Both the position numbers and the translations under genes were made by a program. Below, one piece after another: positions 1 to 13,407 of a DNA stretch of 64,000 bases (the first letter of the stretch is position 1; each line of letters opens with the position of its first letter). The stretch lies in assembly GCA_020184695.1 (NCBI GenBank), contig JAANOX010000256.1, positions 186,001 to 250,000 on the forward strand, in the 5' to 3' direction. Below the pieces are notes generated by a model. The model saw nothing but the letters and a program-made list of their open reading frames with translations. It ran no database searches and was not told where the DNA came from. The DNA comes from Histomonas meleagridis 2922-C6/04-290x (Eukaryota; Protista; Parabasalia).

Positions 1-510
1 TGTAAAACTTTTGAAAAATATGAGCAATATTGCTGCTTAATATTAAGCTAATATACAACTTATTTAGCATTAACATGATGCAACAAGTTTTGAGTAAAGC
101 GAAAAAGGTGCGTGCACATAAACTTTAATTGGTTGGTGTGACTGGATAAACTCCTTCCTTATGATTTATTATTTTCATGCAAATTTGTAAGACATATCTT
201 AACCAGAAAATGGTTGAGAAAAAATTATTTTCATAAACCAACTGATATATTTACTAAGCTACTTCATGATAATAACGTGAAAAAATCATATGAAAAAATG
301 CTAGAAAATAACCAAACAAAATTCATTAAAAATCAAAAGAGACAATATTTTATTAATTACATTATGCTTGTATCAGTTTTTTGGTCCCCAAAATCAACAT
401 ATTAAGAAAATATGAAATGAGTTATCATGATAATCGCGAACAGAAGATAATGTTTTGTGTTCAAAAGAGAAAAGAAAAAACGTTTATCTATTTTATCAAT
501 TGGTGAAAAA

Positions 511-1140
511 TTATTTCCTAAAACTCTTTTTTGGTGATTGAGACGGAGTCTGATGCTGAGGCAACTCAAATGCCTCATCTGTGCCTGTCTGGTATATATC
601 TGTATTTCTGAAAGATGAATGATCGCGAACTGATTCGTCATGTTTTTTGTACTCAAGTTTGGTTCCTGGTGGAAGCTCAAGAGCAGTACAAATCGCACGA
701 TATATCTCTTGGCGTATTGCAGGATCATTTCCAGTCTTATTCCATAAGCTGATAATATCTTCTTGAAAACGTACCGAAACAACTGCACCGTTAACATCAG
801 AAGAAAATTGCTCACCAATAAGAGCTAATATAAGGCGCTCCCAATAATAACTTGCAAGTCCTTTTTTGAGACGAATCATCCACTTTCCACCATTTACATT
901 ATCATTATCTTCCCAAATAGCACGAATGCCTTTGCGGAATAAGTGGTAATCTGTTGGTGGAGAAACATCATTAGGTTTCTTTAAATGAGAATAAAGACTC
1001 CAAAATCCTTCTATTGTACCAAAAGTACCAAGGAGGTGGATATTGTCTTCATATTGGTCACTTGAATTTCCTTGTTGCTTGAAAAAAATATGTAATGACC
1101 ACTCTGAGCCAAGTGGGGTCTTTTGTCTGTTCTCGGACAT
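511..1140 (-). CDS. eIF4E: Eukaryotic translation initiation factor 4E, class II (4EHP/eIF4E2)-like
   Basis: Motifs GTIEGFWSLYSHL, LFRKGIRAIWED, GGKWMIRLKKG, WERLILALIGEQF. Tyr (QYEDN) at the cap-stacking W56-equivalent position, as in class II eIF4E. Start taken at MSENRQK (ATG 1140); the longer ORF-track start (1335) adds non-homologous sequence. Confidence 0.92.
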   Translation of the reverse strand: MSENRQKTPLGSEWSLHIFFKQQGNSSDQYEDNIHLLGTFGTIEGFWSLYSHLKKPNDVSPPTDYHLFRKGIRAIWEDNDNVNGGKWMIRLKKGLASYYWERLILALIGEQFSSDVNGAVVSVRFQEDIISLWNKTGNDPAIRQEIYRAICTALELPPGTKLEYKKHDESVRDHSSFRNTDIYQTGTDEAFELPQHQTPSQSPKKSFRK

Positions 1141-1632
1141 GATTAAAGCGGCTTTTATCCACCCGTCAACTTTTTGAACGAATTCAATAGAAAAGAATAA
1201 AAAATCAAATTTTTTTTCTAGAATCCAAATTATTATGAAGTAAAATGTTCTTGTGGCGTTCATATAATGATGATAATGATTTTGTAAGTCAAAAATGAAA
1301 TTTGATTTTTTTGATGTAGACGCAATTTGCATCATTTTCCTTTATTAACAGTAAAAATTCACCTTTTATGTAAACAAAACAATCAGTGAAGCTGGGAGTG
1401 TGTGAAAGTTGAAATTAAAAAAAATTTTAAACTAATTGTTTGTTAATGATTAATCATTGATAATTTTTATAATTAATAAAATTGAAAATTAAGATAAAGA
1501 AGCGATTTCTTGTCTATTGCGGTTGATCTTTTTTATCATCGAAAATACTTTAGATAGCAAAAGAAGACAAATTTTTATAATTTTCCAAAATTTTTGAAAA
1601 CGGTTTTTTGAAAGATTTTCAATAGCCGCCAA

Positions 1633-4600
1633 ATGGAATCGAAGCAAAAGGAAGAGAAGGACAAAGAATTAACACAGCTTAAAATTACAGACCTTTCTTG
1701 CTTTGAGTCTCCATCAAATAACCTTTTTGATTTTACTTTCCAAAATAAAATTATTTTTTCAGAAACCACTCAATCGGACAAATCCGAAAATCTCAAGGAA
1801 GAATCAACGGCTCAAAGTACCACACAAAGTGGCTTTAATTCACCAAATATTTTAAATGAAAAAAACAAAAATAATTGCAAATTTGAACTAATTAATTCTT
1901 GTTTAGCTGATGTTTCTCCTATAAATCCTCCAAGCAAATTAGCTGATATTCCAAAATTTTCATTTAGCACTCCTTCTTTTGTTACATATGGCGAAAAACA
2001 CTTCGAATCCGTTTTATCATCACCAGTATCCATTTCTTTTCAGCAACCAAATTTTAGTAATGATAAATTTGATCTCAATCCAGAAATTTATAAATTTTCA
2101 TTAAGTTCCCCAGTTTCAATGTGTTTAGTTAACTCTCCTCTTCAATCCCAAGATAACATCTCAGAGCTACAAGAACCCCAAAAAACAGAAAAACTTGATT
2201 TTGATTCAAACGATATAATTTTCGATGCTCAAAATCTTAAGAAGAATAAATTCACAATCCAAAACTTTGAAAACATTTACAGTGAACCCAAAACAGAATT
2301 AAAAGCTTCTCTTGTTTATTCAGAAATTTTCAACATTCCAGAACATAAATTGATTAAAGACGAAATCGAAAAAATCAAAAAAGATATTTTATCAATTGAG
2401 AGAACTTCTGTATATGAAATAAATTCTCAAGAAAAACAATTTAAAGAAAAGAAAAATTCACTTTCACTTTCCGAATCCCAAAATAACTTTGAATTGAACG
2501 TAAAAAATAAACCATTGAAAATTGATGAATTGGAATGGTTTGAGAAAAGTGACTTAGAACAAATCAAAGATGTGTCATTTAATTACTCTGATATAGTAAA
2601 TACGAGTATTTATAATGATCAAACATTAGAATTTTCACATCAGGATGATATTATAATTGAAAATGAAGTGAAAAACTTAAAGAAGAAAAATAATTTTAAA
2701 TATTCTGATGTCACAAGTCTTAATGTTTCACGTGATTATCATTATCAAATAGAGGATACAAATAACTTTGATATTGATGAGGAAAATGTACAAAATAAAG
2801 AACTGACAATTGAAATTAATAATATAAAAGAAATTATTAAAGAAGAAAACGAAAATGAAAATAAAATTAAAGAAAGAAATCAAAAGTTTAATATATTTAT
2901 GCAAGAAATTGTTAATAAAGAAAGTGATTTAAATGAAAATAAAGAAATTAAAGAAAGAAATCAAAAGTTTAATATATTTACAGAAGAAATTATTAATAAT
3001 GAAAGTGATTCAAATGAAAATAAAGAAATTAAAGAAAGAAATCAAAAGTTTAATATATTTACAGAAGAAATTATTAATAATGAAAGTGATTCAAATGAAA
3101 CAAATAATACAAAACAAAAAGAAAATTTAAAGTTATGTATAGACAATGCAACAAATTATGAAGAAGTAAAACAAACAAACTTTGGCATTTCAACAAAAGA
3201 AATTATTTCGGAAGAACCACAACAAAAAGCAAATGATGCGCACAAAGAATCAACACTAAGTATTGATAATGAAACAAATTATGAAATTAATAATATGAAA
3301 CAACAAATTTTGAATGTCACTTCAAAGGAAATTATATCGGAAGAACCAAAACAAATCGAACTACAAATGAGTTCAATAGAATCAAATAATATAGAAAATG
3401 AAAAAGAATTAAATTTGAGTATTAACGAGACAGTAAATTATGAAGAAATTAAAGATATTAAACTTCAAATAAGTAAAATTGAATCAAATTATATCCAAAA
3501 CAAAAATGCAATCAAAGAAGAAATTGATGAAATCAAAGAAAGAGAAATAACTTCAGAACAACAAAATAATAGCAAAAACACCAAAGATGAAATAGAGTTA
3601 AGAATTGATAATTCAATAAATTATGAAGAAATCAAAAACATTAAACTTGAAATTAGTAAAACTGAAACAAATTATAATGAAAATGAACACGAAATCAATT
3701 TAAGTATTAATAATTCGATAAATTATGAAGAATTTAATGATATTGTCAAACAAACATTTGATATTTCAACCAACGAAATTGCTGAAATTGAAACCAACAA
3801 ATATTTAAATTCATTAATTATTGAAGAAACATTAAATGAAGAAATTAATAATAATTGTAACAATGATATTAATAACACAGAAGAATCAAACGCGAAAGAA
3901 CGAAATATTTCATTAAATATTGAAATGACAACAAATTATGAACATATTAATAATGAACAAAAGAAACTTTAAACACACAAACGAAGAAATCTTTATGAAA
4001 TATCACAGAGGTATAGTTAACTTAGAACTTAGTTCACCGAATGAATATGAAAACATCACAGAACAAAAGTATAACTTTGATACATTTGAAATCAGTTCAA
4101 TCAAAACAAAATCAAATCATCAAAACAAAGAAATTGATTTAAGCATTTGTCCACCAACAAATTATGAATCAAATAATAAACAATTTGAAGCACTTGAAAT
4201 TAGTCCAATTGCTTCAAATGAAATTAAGTCTCATGATGAAATTTCACTAATAATTGATGAAAATGATAAAGTTAATTCATCAATTGATATCACATCCGAA
4301 ATACCACAAAAACATTCACTAAAACTTAAACTTAGTCCAATTACATCAAATGAAACAAAAATTAATCAAAAATTGGAATTAGCAATTGATGAAACATCAA
4401 ATTATCAAAAGTATAATGAAGATTTAACAAAAACTTATGAAAATGAAAAACAAAAATCACTTAAATTAAGTTCAATTATATCAAATGAAACGCAAAATAA
4501 AAACACAATTGATTTAGAAATAAAGGAAACCAATAATTACGATGCTATATCTAAAGAAATAACATCTGAATCACCAAAAATAAAGAAACTTGAGTTAAGT

Positions 4601-7600
4601 CCAATTCAATCAAATGAAATAAATAATTTAGAAAATGAAAAAAATGACTTCGAATATTCAGAAGTTACAAGTTTCAATGTAACACAAGAAAATAAATATC
4701 AAATCGAAAACATGAAACAAATTAATATTGAATCTGAAAATAAAGTAAAAGAACCAAAAGAATTAACTATTGAAATTAATAACATCAAAGAAATTCATGA
4801 TAAAGATATAAATGAAGAAGAAATCAAAAACATCAAACTTGAAATTAGTAAAACTGAAACAAATTATATTGAAAATGAACACGAAACCAATTTAAGTATT
4901 AATAATACAACAAATTATGAAGAAATCAAAAACATTAAAGAAGTTAAACTTGAAATTAGTAAAACTGAAACAAATTATATAGAAAATGAACATAAATTAA
5001 AGTTAAGTATTGAAGATTTGCTAAATTATGAAATAACTCCAAAACAGCAACATGCAAAACTTGAAATCAGTCACATTAAATCAAATTATATTGAACAGAA
5101 ACCAGAAATATCATTAATCATTGACAAGCCAAATGTTTATGAAGAAATTTGTAATATAAAAGAACCAAATTATGTTACAACAGAAAAAGAAATTATTTCA
5201 GAAACACCAAAACAAATTCAACTTGAAATAAGTAAAACTGAATCAAATTATATCGAAAATAAACAAAAATTAAACTTAAGCATTAATAACTTAATAAATT
5301 ATGAAGAAGTTACACATAATTCACCAAGCAAAGAACTTGAAATAAGTCACATTGTATCAAATCATATCGAAAATGAACAAAAATTAAATTTAAGTATTGA
5401 AGATGTGTTAAATTACGAAATAACACCAAAACAACAAAATGTAAAACTTGAAATTAGTCACATTGAATCAAATTATATTGAGCAAAATCCAGAATTAATA
5501 TTAAGTATAAACACACCAAATGTTTATGAAGAAAGTGATAATAATAATAAAAAACAAATTTTTGATATTTCATCCAAACAAATCATCACAGAAGAGCCAA
5601 AGAAACACTTTAATAAGTCAATTGAAGCAAAACATTTAAACATTAGTAATTCAGCAGATGACGAAAAGTATTCCGAAGTTACACAGCCAATTTTATATAA
5701 TATTTCATCAAATGAAATTCATCAAATTGAACCACAAAATCAAATGAAGCAACTTCAGATGTGTTTAATTCAATCAAATGAATTCGAAAATAAACAAAAA
5801 ACTGAACTAAGTATTGATAACATAACTAATTACGACATAATAACAAACGAAGTTATTACAGAAAAGCCAAAGCAAATTCAACTTCAAATAAGTAAAATCG
5901 AATCAAATTATATCGAAAACAAACAGAAATTCAACTTGTGCATTAATAATATGGTAAATTATGAAGAAGTTAAAAATATTAAAAACCAAACATTTGATAT
6001 ATCGACAAATGAAGTTATTACAGAAAAGCCAAAGCAAATTCAACTTCAAATAAGTAAAATCGAATCAAATTATATCGAAAATGAACATAAATTAAATTTA
6101 AGTATCAACGATATATTAAATTACGAAATAGCACCAAAACAACAAAATGCAAAACTTGAAATCAGTCACATTGAATCAAATTATATCGAACAAAATCCAG
6201 AATTAGAATTAAGTATTGGTAATATGAATAGTTACGAAGAAATGCAAAATACAGATGAAGAAGTTTATGATGTTTCATTTAGAGATGTTAAATTAGAAGA
6301 ACAACGAAAATCACTTAAAGTTAGTGCAAATGAATCATTTGAAGTCGGATTTAGTGCAAATGAAATTCATTTGGCTCTTGAGGAAAGTTCGAATTATAAT
6401 AAATTTGAAGAAAGTGAAAATAAATCGGAAAATAATAAATCACTTGAGTTAAGTCCAATTCAATCAAATGAAATAAATAATTTAGAAAATGAAAAAAATG
6501 ACTTCGAATATTCAGAAGTTACAAGTTTCAATGTAACACAAGAAAATAAATATCAAATCGAAAACATGAAACAAATTAATATTGAATCTGAAAATAAAGT
6601 AAAAGAACCAAAAGAATTAACTATTGAAATTAATAACATCAAAGAAATTCATGATAAAGATATAAATGACGAAGAAATCAAAGAGATCAAAGAAAGAGCA
6701 CAAAATGAAGATACAGAAAGTAAAGAGTTAAGTATTGGTAATTCGATAAATTATGAAGAAATCAAAAACATTAAACTTGAAATTAGTAAAACTGAAACAA
6801 ATTATAATGAAAATGAACACGAAATCAATTTAAGTATTAATAATTCGATAAATTATGAAGAATTTAATGATATTGTCAAACAAACATTTGATATTTCAAC
6901 CAACGAAATTGCTGAAATTGAAACCAACAAATATTTAAATTCATTAATTATTGAAGAAACATTAAATGAAGAAATTAATAATAATTGTAACAATGATATT
7001 AATAACACAGAAGAATCAAACGCGAAAGAACGAAATATTTCATTAAATATTGAAATGACAACAAATTATGAACATATTAATAATGAACAAAGAAACTTTA
7101 AACACACAAACGAAGAAATCTTTATGAAATATCACAGAGGTATAGTTAACTTAGAACTTAGTTCACCGAATGAATATGAAAACATCACAGAACAAAAGTA
7201 TAACTTTGATACATTTGAAATCAGTTCAATCAAAACAAAATCAAATCATCAAAACAAAGAAATTGATTTAAGCATAGATAACTCGTCCACATACGAAGGG
7301 TGCCAGCGACTGCCAAATCCAACATTTGACATATCAGCAACAAAAGTTATTGCAACAGAAGAGCCGCAAAAGCAAATCAAGCAAAATCTTAAGTACTACA
7401 CAAACGATCCAATCGACATTAATCAAAGCAAGCAAATCGATTTAAGCATAGATAACTCGTCCACATACGAAGGGTACCAGCGACTGCCAAATCCAAACTT
7501 AAGTTTTGCTTCAAATGAAATTATTGCATCAGAAGAACCTCAAAAACAAATTCGCGAATTCAATGAAATCGAAAATCCATTCGTTGTTGAAGAGTCACTG

Positions 7601-10432
7601 CAATTTGAATATGACACAATTGACGAGCCAAACAACTATAAATCACTTGAAGTTAGTCCGATTGAATCAAATGAAACGCAAAACGAACAAATTCACTTAA
7701 GCATAGACAACTCGTCCACATACGAAGGGTGCCAGCGACTGCCGCATCCAAACTTAAGCATTTCAGCTAATGAAATAATCGCAGAACAGCCGCAAAGCAA
7801 ACAAATTAAATTAAGCATCGACAGTGCATCTATGCACGAATGGTGTCTTCAATTACCGAATCCGACATTTGGAATTTCATCGAACTCCATAATAATTTCG
7901 GAAGCACCACAAAACAAAGAAAGCGACTTAAGCATTGGAAGCGCATCCATAGAACAATTAAACAATTCGAACTTAAGCGTTTCTACAAACGAAATAATAT
8001 CAAAGGCATCACAGACAGTGCATAAGCCACTCAAATTAAGTCCATTTGCAGCAAACGAAACGCAATGCAAAGAAATCGACTTGAGCATTGACAGCGCATC
8101 GATATACGAAGGGTGCCAGCGCCTGAGCAATGCGGACTTGGACGTGACTTCGAATACTATTATCATTTCTCAAGAGCCGCAAATCAAAATCGAAAATGTA
8201 ACAACACAAAACGACAATAAAACACTTGAAATAAGTCCAATTGAAGTGAATGAAACTAAAGACAAAGAAGTTGACTTAGAAATAGATTACTCATCGACAT
8301 ACGAAGGCTGTGAACGAATTGTTGACGTGTCAGAGAAACAAATTATAATTTCAGAAGATCCGACAAACAATGCAAAGATTAGATCACTTGAAATAAGTCC
8401 AATTGAAGTGAATGAAACTAAAGACAAAGAAGTTGACTTAGCAATAGATTACTCATCGATTTACGAAGGCTGTGAACGAATTGTTGATGTGTCAGAGAAA
8501 CAAATTATAATTTCAGAAGATCCTACAAACAATTCAAAGATTAGATCACTTGAAATAAGTCCAATTGAAGTGAATGAAGCCAAAGACAATGAAATTGACT
8601 TAGCAATAGATTACTCATCGACATACGAAGGCTGCGAACGAATTGTTGCTCCGAAATTTGATGTAACAACAAAAGAAATTATAACTACGAAAGAGAAAAA
8701 TAATTTTAAACTTGAAATTAGTAGAATTGAATCGAATGAAATCAAAGACAAACATACAAACGATTTAATGATTACTGAAGTATCGAATTACGAAGAATGC
8801 GAACGAATTATTGCTCCGAAATTTGATTTTACAACAAAAGAAATTGTAAATTATGAAAATCATAATATATTAGAATTAAGTCCCGTAGAATCAAATTATA
8901 TTGAAAATGAATACTTAGCTGATTTAGTTATCGAAGATTCATCGAATTACGAAGGCTGCGATCGATTTATAATTCCGAAATTTGACTTTATGACAAACGA
9001 AACTTTTTCAGAAGAACCAAAAACCGAATTTCATAAACCATTCAAATTAACCGTTGACGCTTCAACTCAACACGAAACCAAAAATGAAGAAAATTTGACA
9101 CTTTTAACATATACAATATTTGATCAAATCGGTAATGAAACTAATTTAGAAATTTCATCTGTTAATGAGGTCACAGAAAATCATTTTCCAACATTAACTA
9201 TCACGCGTCAGTCGCCATATTACATATATTCGTTTGGCATGCCCGGCAGCTGTAATTATTCGCCACAACTTTTACCATCGAAAGTCAATTCGTTTGGCTT
9301 TTCACAATATAATAACTATAACTATGAAATTGAATCATTAACAATTAATGAAACGAACAATTTTTCATATTTTAATTATAATGAAAATGAATTTATTAAA
9401 ACACAAAATTATAATTTTGTAACGAATATAAATGAAATTAATATATTACCAAAAATAAACAAAAAATTAATAATTAATTTAACTAATGAATTATCAGTTA
9501 ATTACAGCGATGTACAATTCGAAAACAATAATTACATTAAATTAATTAAGAATCAATTAAACGAAATACGAAATCTTAAACATGAAATAATTCGGAACGG
9601 CGTCAAATACGAAACACTTAAAGAGAAATACAATCAAATCAAAGAAAGTTTTAGTGAAACAATTTCGAATTACATAAACACGAATTCAAATCTCAAAAAC
9701 GAAAACATAAAATTGGAACAAATTAACGAAGACTTAAACAACAAACTCAAAAACATATTAAAATATTATTCTAAAAACATACGAAAACAAAAAACAAATA
9801 ATTTATCGATTTCTAATTTGATGAATATTCTTACAATAAAAGAAGAAAACAAAATTATAAATTTAAATGTTTCGAATCCAAATTCATTCGATGTAATAAA
9901 TATAATAAACTTAAGAACAACTGGAAAAATTACACAAATTTCATTAGCGCCAATTAATAACTTCGAGCCACTCTTCATAACGAAACCTTTAACATATGAA
10001 TTTATTAAGCAAAAACCAAATTTAACATTTTCATTTAATTCATTTAAAGTAAATAACATTAATACAATTGACGAAATATCAAATTCTCTTCATTTGGAAG
10101 CAATTCCCGAAATTATTAATATTCGTCCAAAAATTTTAAACAATTTGAAGATACAAAAAATTAATGAAAACGAAATATTGAATGAAAATAATGAAGTTTT
10201 AAATGTTTCGTTGCCTTTGGTGAATGAAATAGATGATAATGAAATGGAGAAAATGAAAAATGAACTCGAAAGCGAAAGAAAAGAAAAGAAAATGTTAATG
10301 AAATTGTTGAAGAGAAGAATTAAGGCAATGAATAAGGAATTGGCCGAACAAAACGCAAGGCAAAATGATTTGTTGGAGGAACTATCAAGAGTTAGAACAA
10401 ATTATAGAGAACTACTTGCAAAATGTAATTAG
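1633..10432 (+). CDS. Giant (~2,930 aa) E/N/I/K/S-rich repeat protein with C-terminal coiled coil; one gene split by a +1 homopolymer indel
   Basis: ORFs 1633-3972 and 3938-10432 share the same repeat vocabulary (LEISxIESNY, LSIxxxxNYEE). The internal copy at ~7085 reads GAACAAAGAAAC; the copy at ~3955 reads GAACAAAAGAAAC (extra A at 3959-3962). Removing it gives 8,799 nt in one frame. Confidence 0.8.
2866..3099 (+). repeat. 81-nt (27-aa) tandem repeat, ~3 copies
   Basis: AGAAAGAAATCAAAAGTTTAATATATTT recurs at 2871, 2952 and 3033; protein unit approximately ENKEIKERNQKFNIFTEEIINNESDSN. Confidence 0.9.
3616..7275 (+). repeat. ~530-bp near-identical internal direct repeat (3616-4146 and 6746-7275)
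   Basis: The two segments match apart from the single extra A at 3959-3962; the offset changes from 3130 to 3129 across it. Confidence 0.9.
4588..6669 (+). repeat. 228-bp internal direct repeat (4588-4815 and 6442-6669)
   Basis: ACTTGAGTTAAGTCCAATTCAATC...GATATAAATGA present twice at offset 1854. Confidence 0.9.
8223..8640 (+). repeat. 162-nt (54-aa) tandem repeat, ~2.6 copies
   Basis: CACTTGAAATAAGTCCAATTGAAGTGAATGAA at 8223, 8385 and 8547. Confidence 0.88.
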
Positions 10433-10815
10433 AAAATTTGTAGAAATAAAATATTGTTTTGTTTTTTTGACATGTTTTTGATAGTGAATTTAAATAGTGT
10501 ATTTAATGAAATACATTCTGCAAATGCACCACCTCCAATTCCACTCATTAATTTATCTGGAAATTGGACATATTTTAATTGTTTACATGATGCAAATGCT
10601 CCACTACCGATATTTCCAACTGTTTCTCCAATTATTACTGTTGTTAACAAAGGCCATTCTCTGAATGCATCACTTTCAAGCTCCCCAACATCAATAATTA
10701 TAACACGTTCTGTATCATTCATATAATCATTTGAATAATCATTGAAATCAGATATTGTGAGTGTTTTTGTCTCTTCGTCATATGATTGCTTTGTATTAAC
10801 AAAAAATATAATCAT
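10429..10815 (-). pseudogene. Truncated BspA-like LRR gene fragment (no stalk, TM or tail)
   Basis: MIIFFVNTKQSYDEE...FAECISLN matches the 13.4-15.5 kb BspA almost exactly, then runs into unrelated sequence and stops, overlapping the stop codon of the giant gene. Confidence 0.75.
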
Positions 10816-10823
10816 TAAAATCA
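10500..10823. repeat. 324-bp duplication of 14541-14864
   Basis: Constant offset 4041; one mismatch seen (TVGNIG versus TVENIG). Confidence 0.92.
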
Positions 10824-12445
10824 AAAATATTTTCAAATTTTGTTTATTTTTATCATAAATTAAATAACTTTTATAAAAATACTTAATAAATTGAAAAAGA
10901 ATATTAAATATAATTAAAAATGAATTAATATATAAATTGTTAATTGTTGATTTAAATATGAAACAAATGAAATTCCTAAATAAAATATAAAATATTTCGA
11001 ATTTATTTATTATATAAATATCAAAATAAAATAGAATTTTCTTCAAAGAATAAATAAAGTGATTTTTAAATTTTGAAGAAGAAGTTAATTCGAAACATTT
11101 TTTAAAGATAGCAAATAAATTTGTAAATAAGTGACTTAATAAATGATAATATTTATAACTTATTTTATGAATCTTTTCATATGAGAAAAATAAAATTTTG
11201 TTATTTGAATGATTTTTTTGTTATTATTGAACAGATAATGAGGATATTCGTTATGGATCTGTTGATTTGCTGTTTTCATTTTTTTGTTTTTTTGCAATTT
11301 ATATATTTTTATATTTTTATGAAAAATATTTTCATCATGAAATATGTTGGAAATAAAGTCAATAAAACGAATGCTGAAAGTCATTAATAGATATATTTCA
11401 TATTTTTTCATCAATTTGATGATTGGAATTGGAAGATATATTCTTGATTTTAACTCAAACAAAAAACCTTCAAATTTTCATCAAAAATGTATGAAACCTA
11501 TTGTTTTCCATCTGAAATTGAAATTGTCATCAAAAATTTAAGCGATACGAGTCATAAACAATGATAAGTGAGATGATAATGTTCTCTTTTCATTTTCGCT
11601 TTTAACTTGATACAAAATATTCTTGTAATCATATCAATTTTACACGCAAAACGATCAATACAACAATAATTCAATACCGAGCTTTCAAATAAAATTTTCA
11701 ACTTTTCTATATAGTCATTTCAATTATTTTAAAATCTAACCGCCTTTTACAGTCAAATTAAAATCTAATTCATTCAAAAATATTTTCACAGAAATTATCT
11801 TCATAAACAATGAACATTTTTAAAAAAAAATTCCTGATTGTTTTTTGATGACAGCTCCTTTCTTGTATCCAGTAGTATCTTAGAAGCGAATTATATGTCC
11901 AAACAAATCGATTTATTCAAAAAGAAAAAACAAATATATATTTTCTAGTAAATGAACAAAAAAAAAATGATTTTTTCATTTAGATTTATAAGCTATTTGA
12001 ATATTTTAACAAACGCTTATCATCCTTGGTATTCTTAAGCTATTCCAAGTTTTTCATAAGGTTAATTTAAGTTTTATCAGTGTTTCATGCCTTTACATTA
12101 TCCACAGAAACAAGGCAACAACAATTAATTTACTTTTTCAAATCGAATACTTTAAAATTTTAATATTATTTTGTAGAAGTTGTATTTGAATGCATGTCTT
12201 CAAATAATTGGATAGAGAAATTGTTTTGGTACAAAATGGCATTGAAATAAATTTAATATCTTAGAATTTCATAAAGTTGAAAGTAATTTGACACAAGGGG
12301 TCATAAACCTTAATCAGGAGGGGAAAATTCATCGGGGGTGCGATATACGATGAATTAGGTAGAATTAAAGTATGTTTAAAAAATTAATTGCATAAAGATA
12401 TGAAAACAAATTTAATATAACAAAATTTAGATCCATTTATAAGCA

Positions 12446-12505
12446 GCTGTCATTGGAGAAAATGTAATAACAATTGGAGATTCTGCGTTTTATTGTTGTT
12501 CATCT
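12446..12505 (+). pseudogene. Isolated single BspA-type LRR relic
   Basis: Translates AVIGENVITIGDSAFYCCSS, matching the TpLRR pattern (xIGxNVxxIGxxAFxxCxxL), with no surrounding gene. Confidence 0.55.
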
Positions 12506-13407
12506 GGTAATAAACGGTCGTTTTGTAAAAATGTATTTTTCCTTTTAATTTCAGAAAATACATTAATTTCGCAAAAAAATTTAAACTCACCTATTAGTAG
12601 ATAGTAATATATTTTGATAACTCAAAATAATTTACAAAAATTCTTTCTGAGAATAACAAGTTGAAAGCTTGATTTCGAATTTATTATGAATTTATGTGTT
12701 CATGTTCACTTACAAGTAAAATTAACAAAGAATAAAATGGTTCATTTTCTTTGAGAAAAAAAATCATATTCATTTCTTGAATTAATTTGGGAAGAGGTCC
12801 GCCTTTTTGATAGTATAATTAAATATATCTTTTCTCCAACTTACTTAATTCTGTGCTCTAATATCTGGAAATAGTTGGCTAATGGCATAAATATATTTCC
12901 TGAATGTTAGTATTATTTTGATATAATTAACGTGTAATAAATAAAGTTATCATAAGTTTCGTATTTTTATATGTTTGAAGTAGAGTATATGCATAACTTT
13001 TACCATTTAAAATATATTGAAATATTTTAAATTTATCAATAAATTTTAAAAATTATAATGTAGCACAATAACTCATTCTGCATTGAAAATATGTATTTTA
13101 ATTCCATGTTAAAATTGTAAAGTTAATATGAAATAGCTCATAATGTATATCACCATAGTTGTTCTCAGAAAAATATCTTGCATATAAAAATTATGTTTAC
13201 AAATTCTAAAACTGATTTAATATAAAATTTATTATTAAATAAATTACGCATGCGATAAGATTTCATTGTTATAAAACTGAGTGTTATTGTTGTTTAATGA
13301 GCGCTGCTTCCGATTCTTTTTATGTAAAACAAATTTCTTTTCACAATAAGTAATGATGAACAAAAACATAAAAAAATTTTATTACATATCGATTATTTAT
13401 CACAGTA

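Noticed and set aside
214-818. ORFs 214-405 and 402-818
   Set aside because: Low-complexity AT-rich translation, or an alternative frame overlapping eIF4E.
1141-1335. 65-codon N-terminal extension of eIF4E in the ORF track
   Set aside because: It reads like translated AT-rich promoter sequence and is not eIF4E-like; the start at 1140 is preferred.
2866-8640. CRISPR-like or satellite arrays
   Set aside because: All repeats are triplet-length, lie within a coding frame and have no unique spacers.
7506-10059. Small alternative-frame and antisense ORFs inside the giant gene (and similar ones inside other long genes)
   Set aside because: Shadows of the real CDS with no independent motifs.
11500-13400. 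Transposon (Maverick, MULE, MITE) in the long ORF-free interval
   Set aside because: No terminal inverted repeats, target-site duplication or transposase fragment could be identified by eye.
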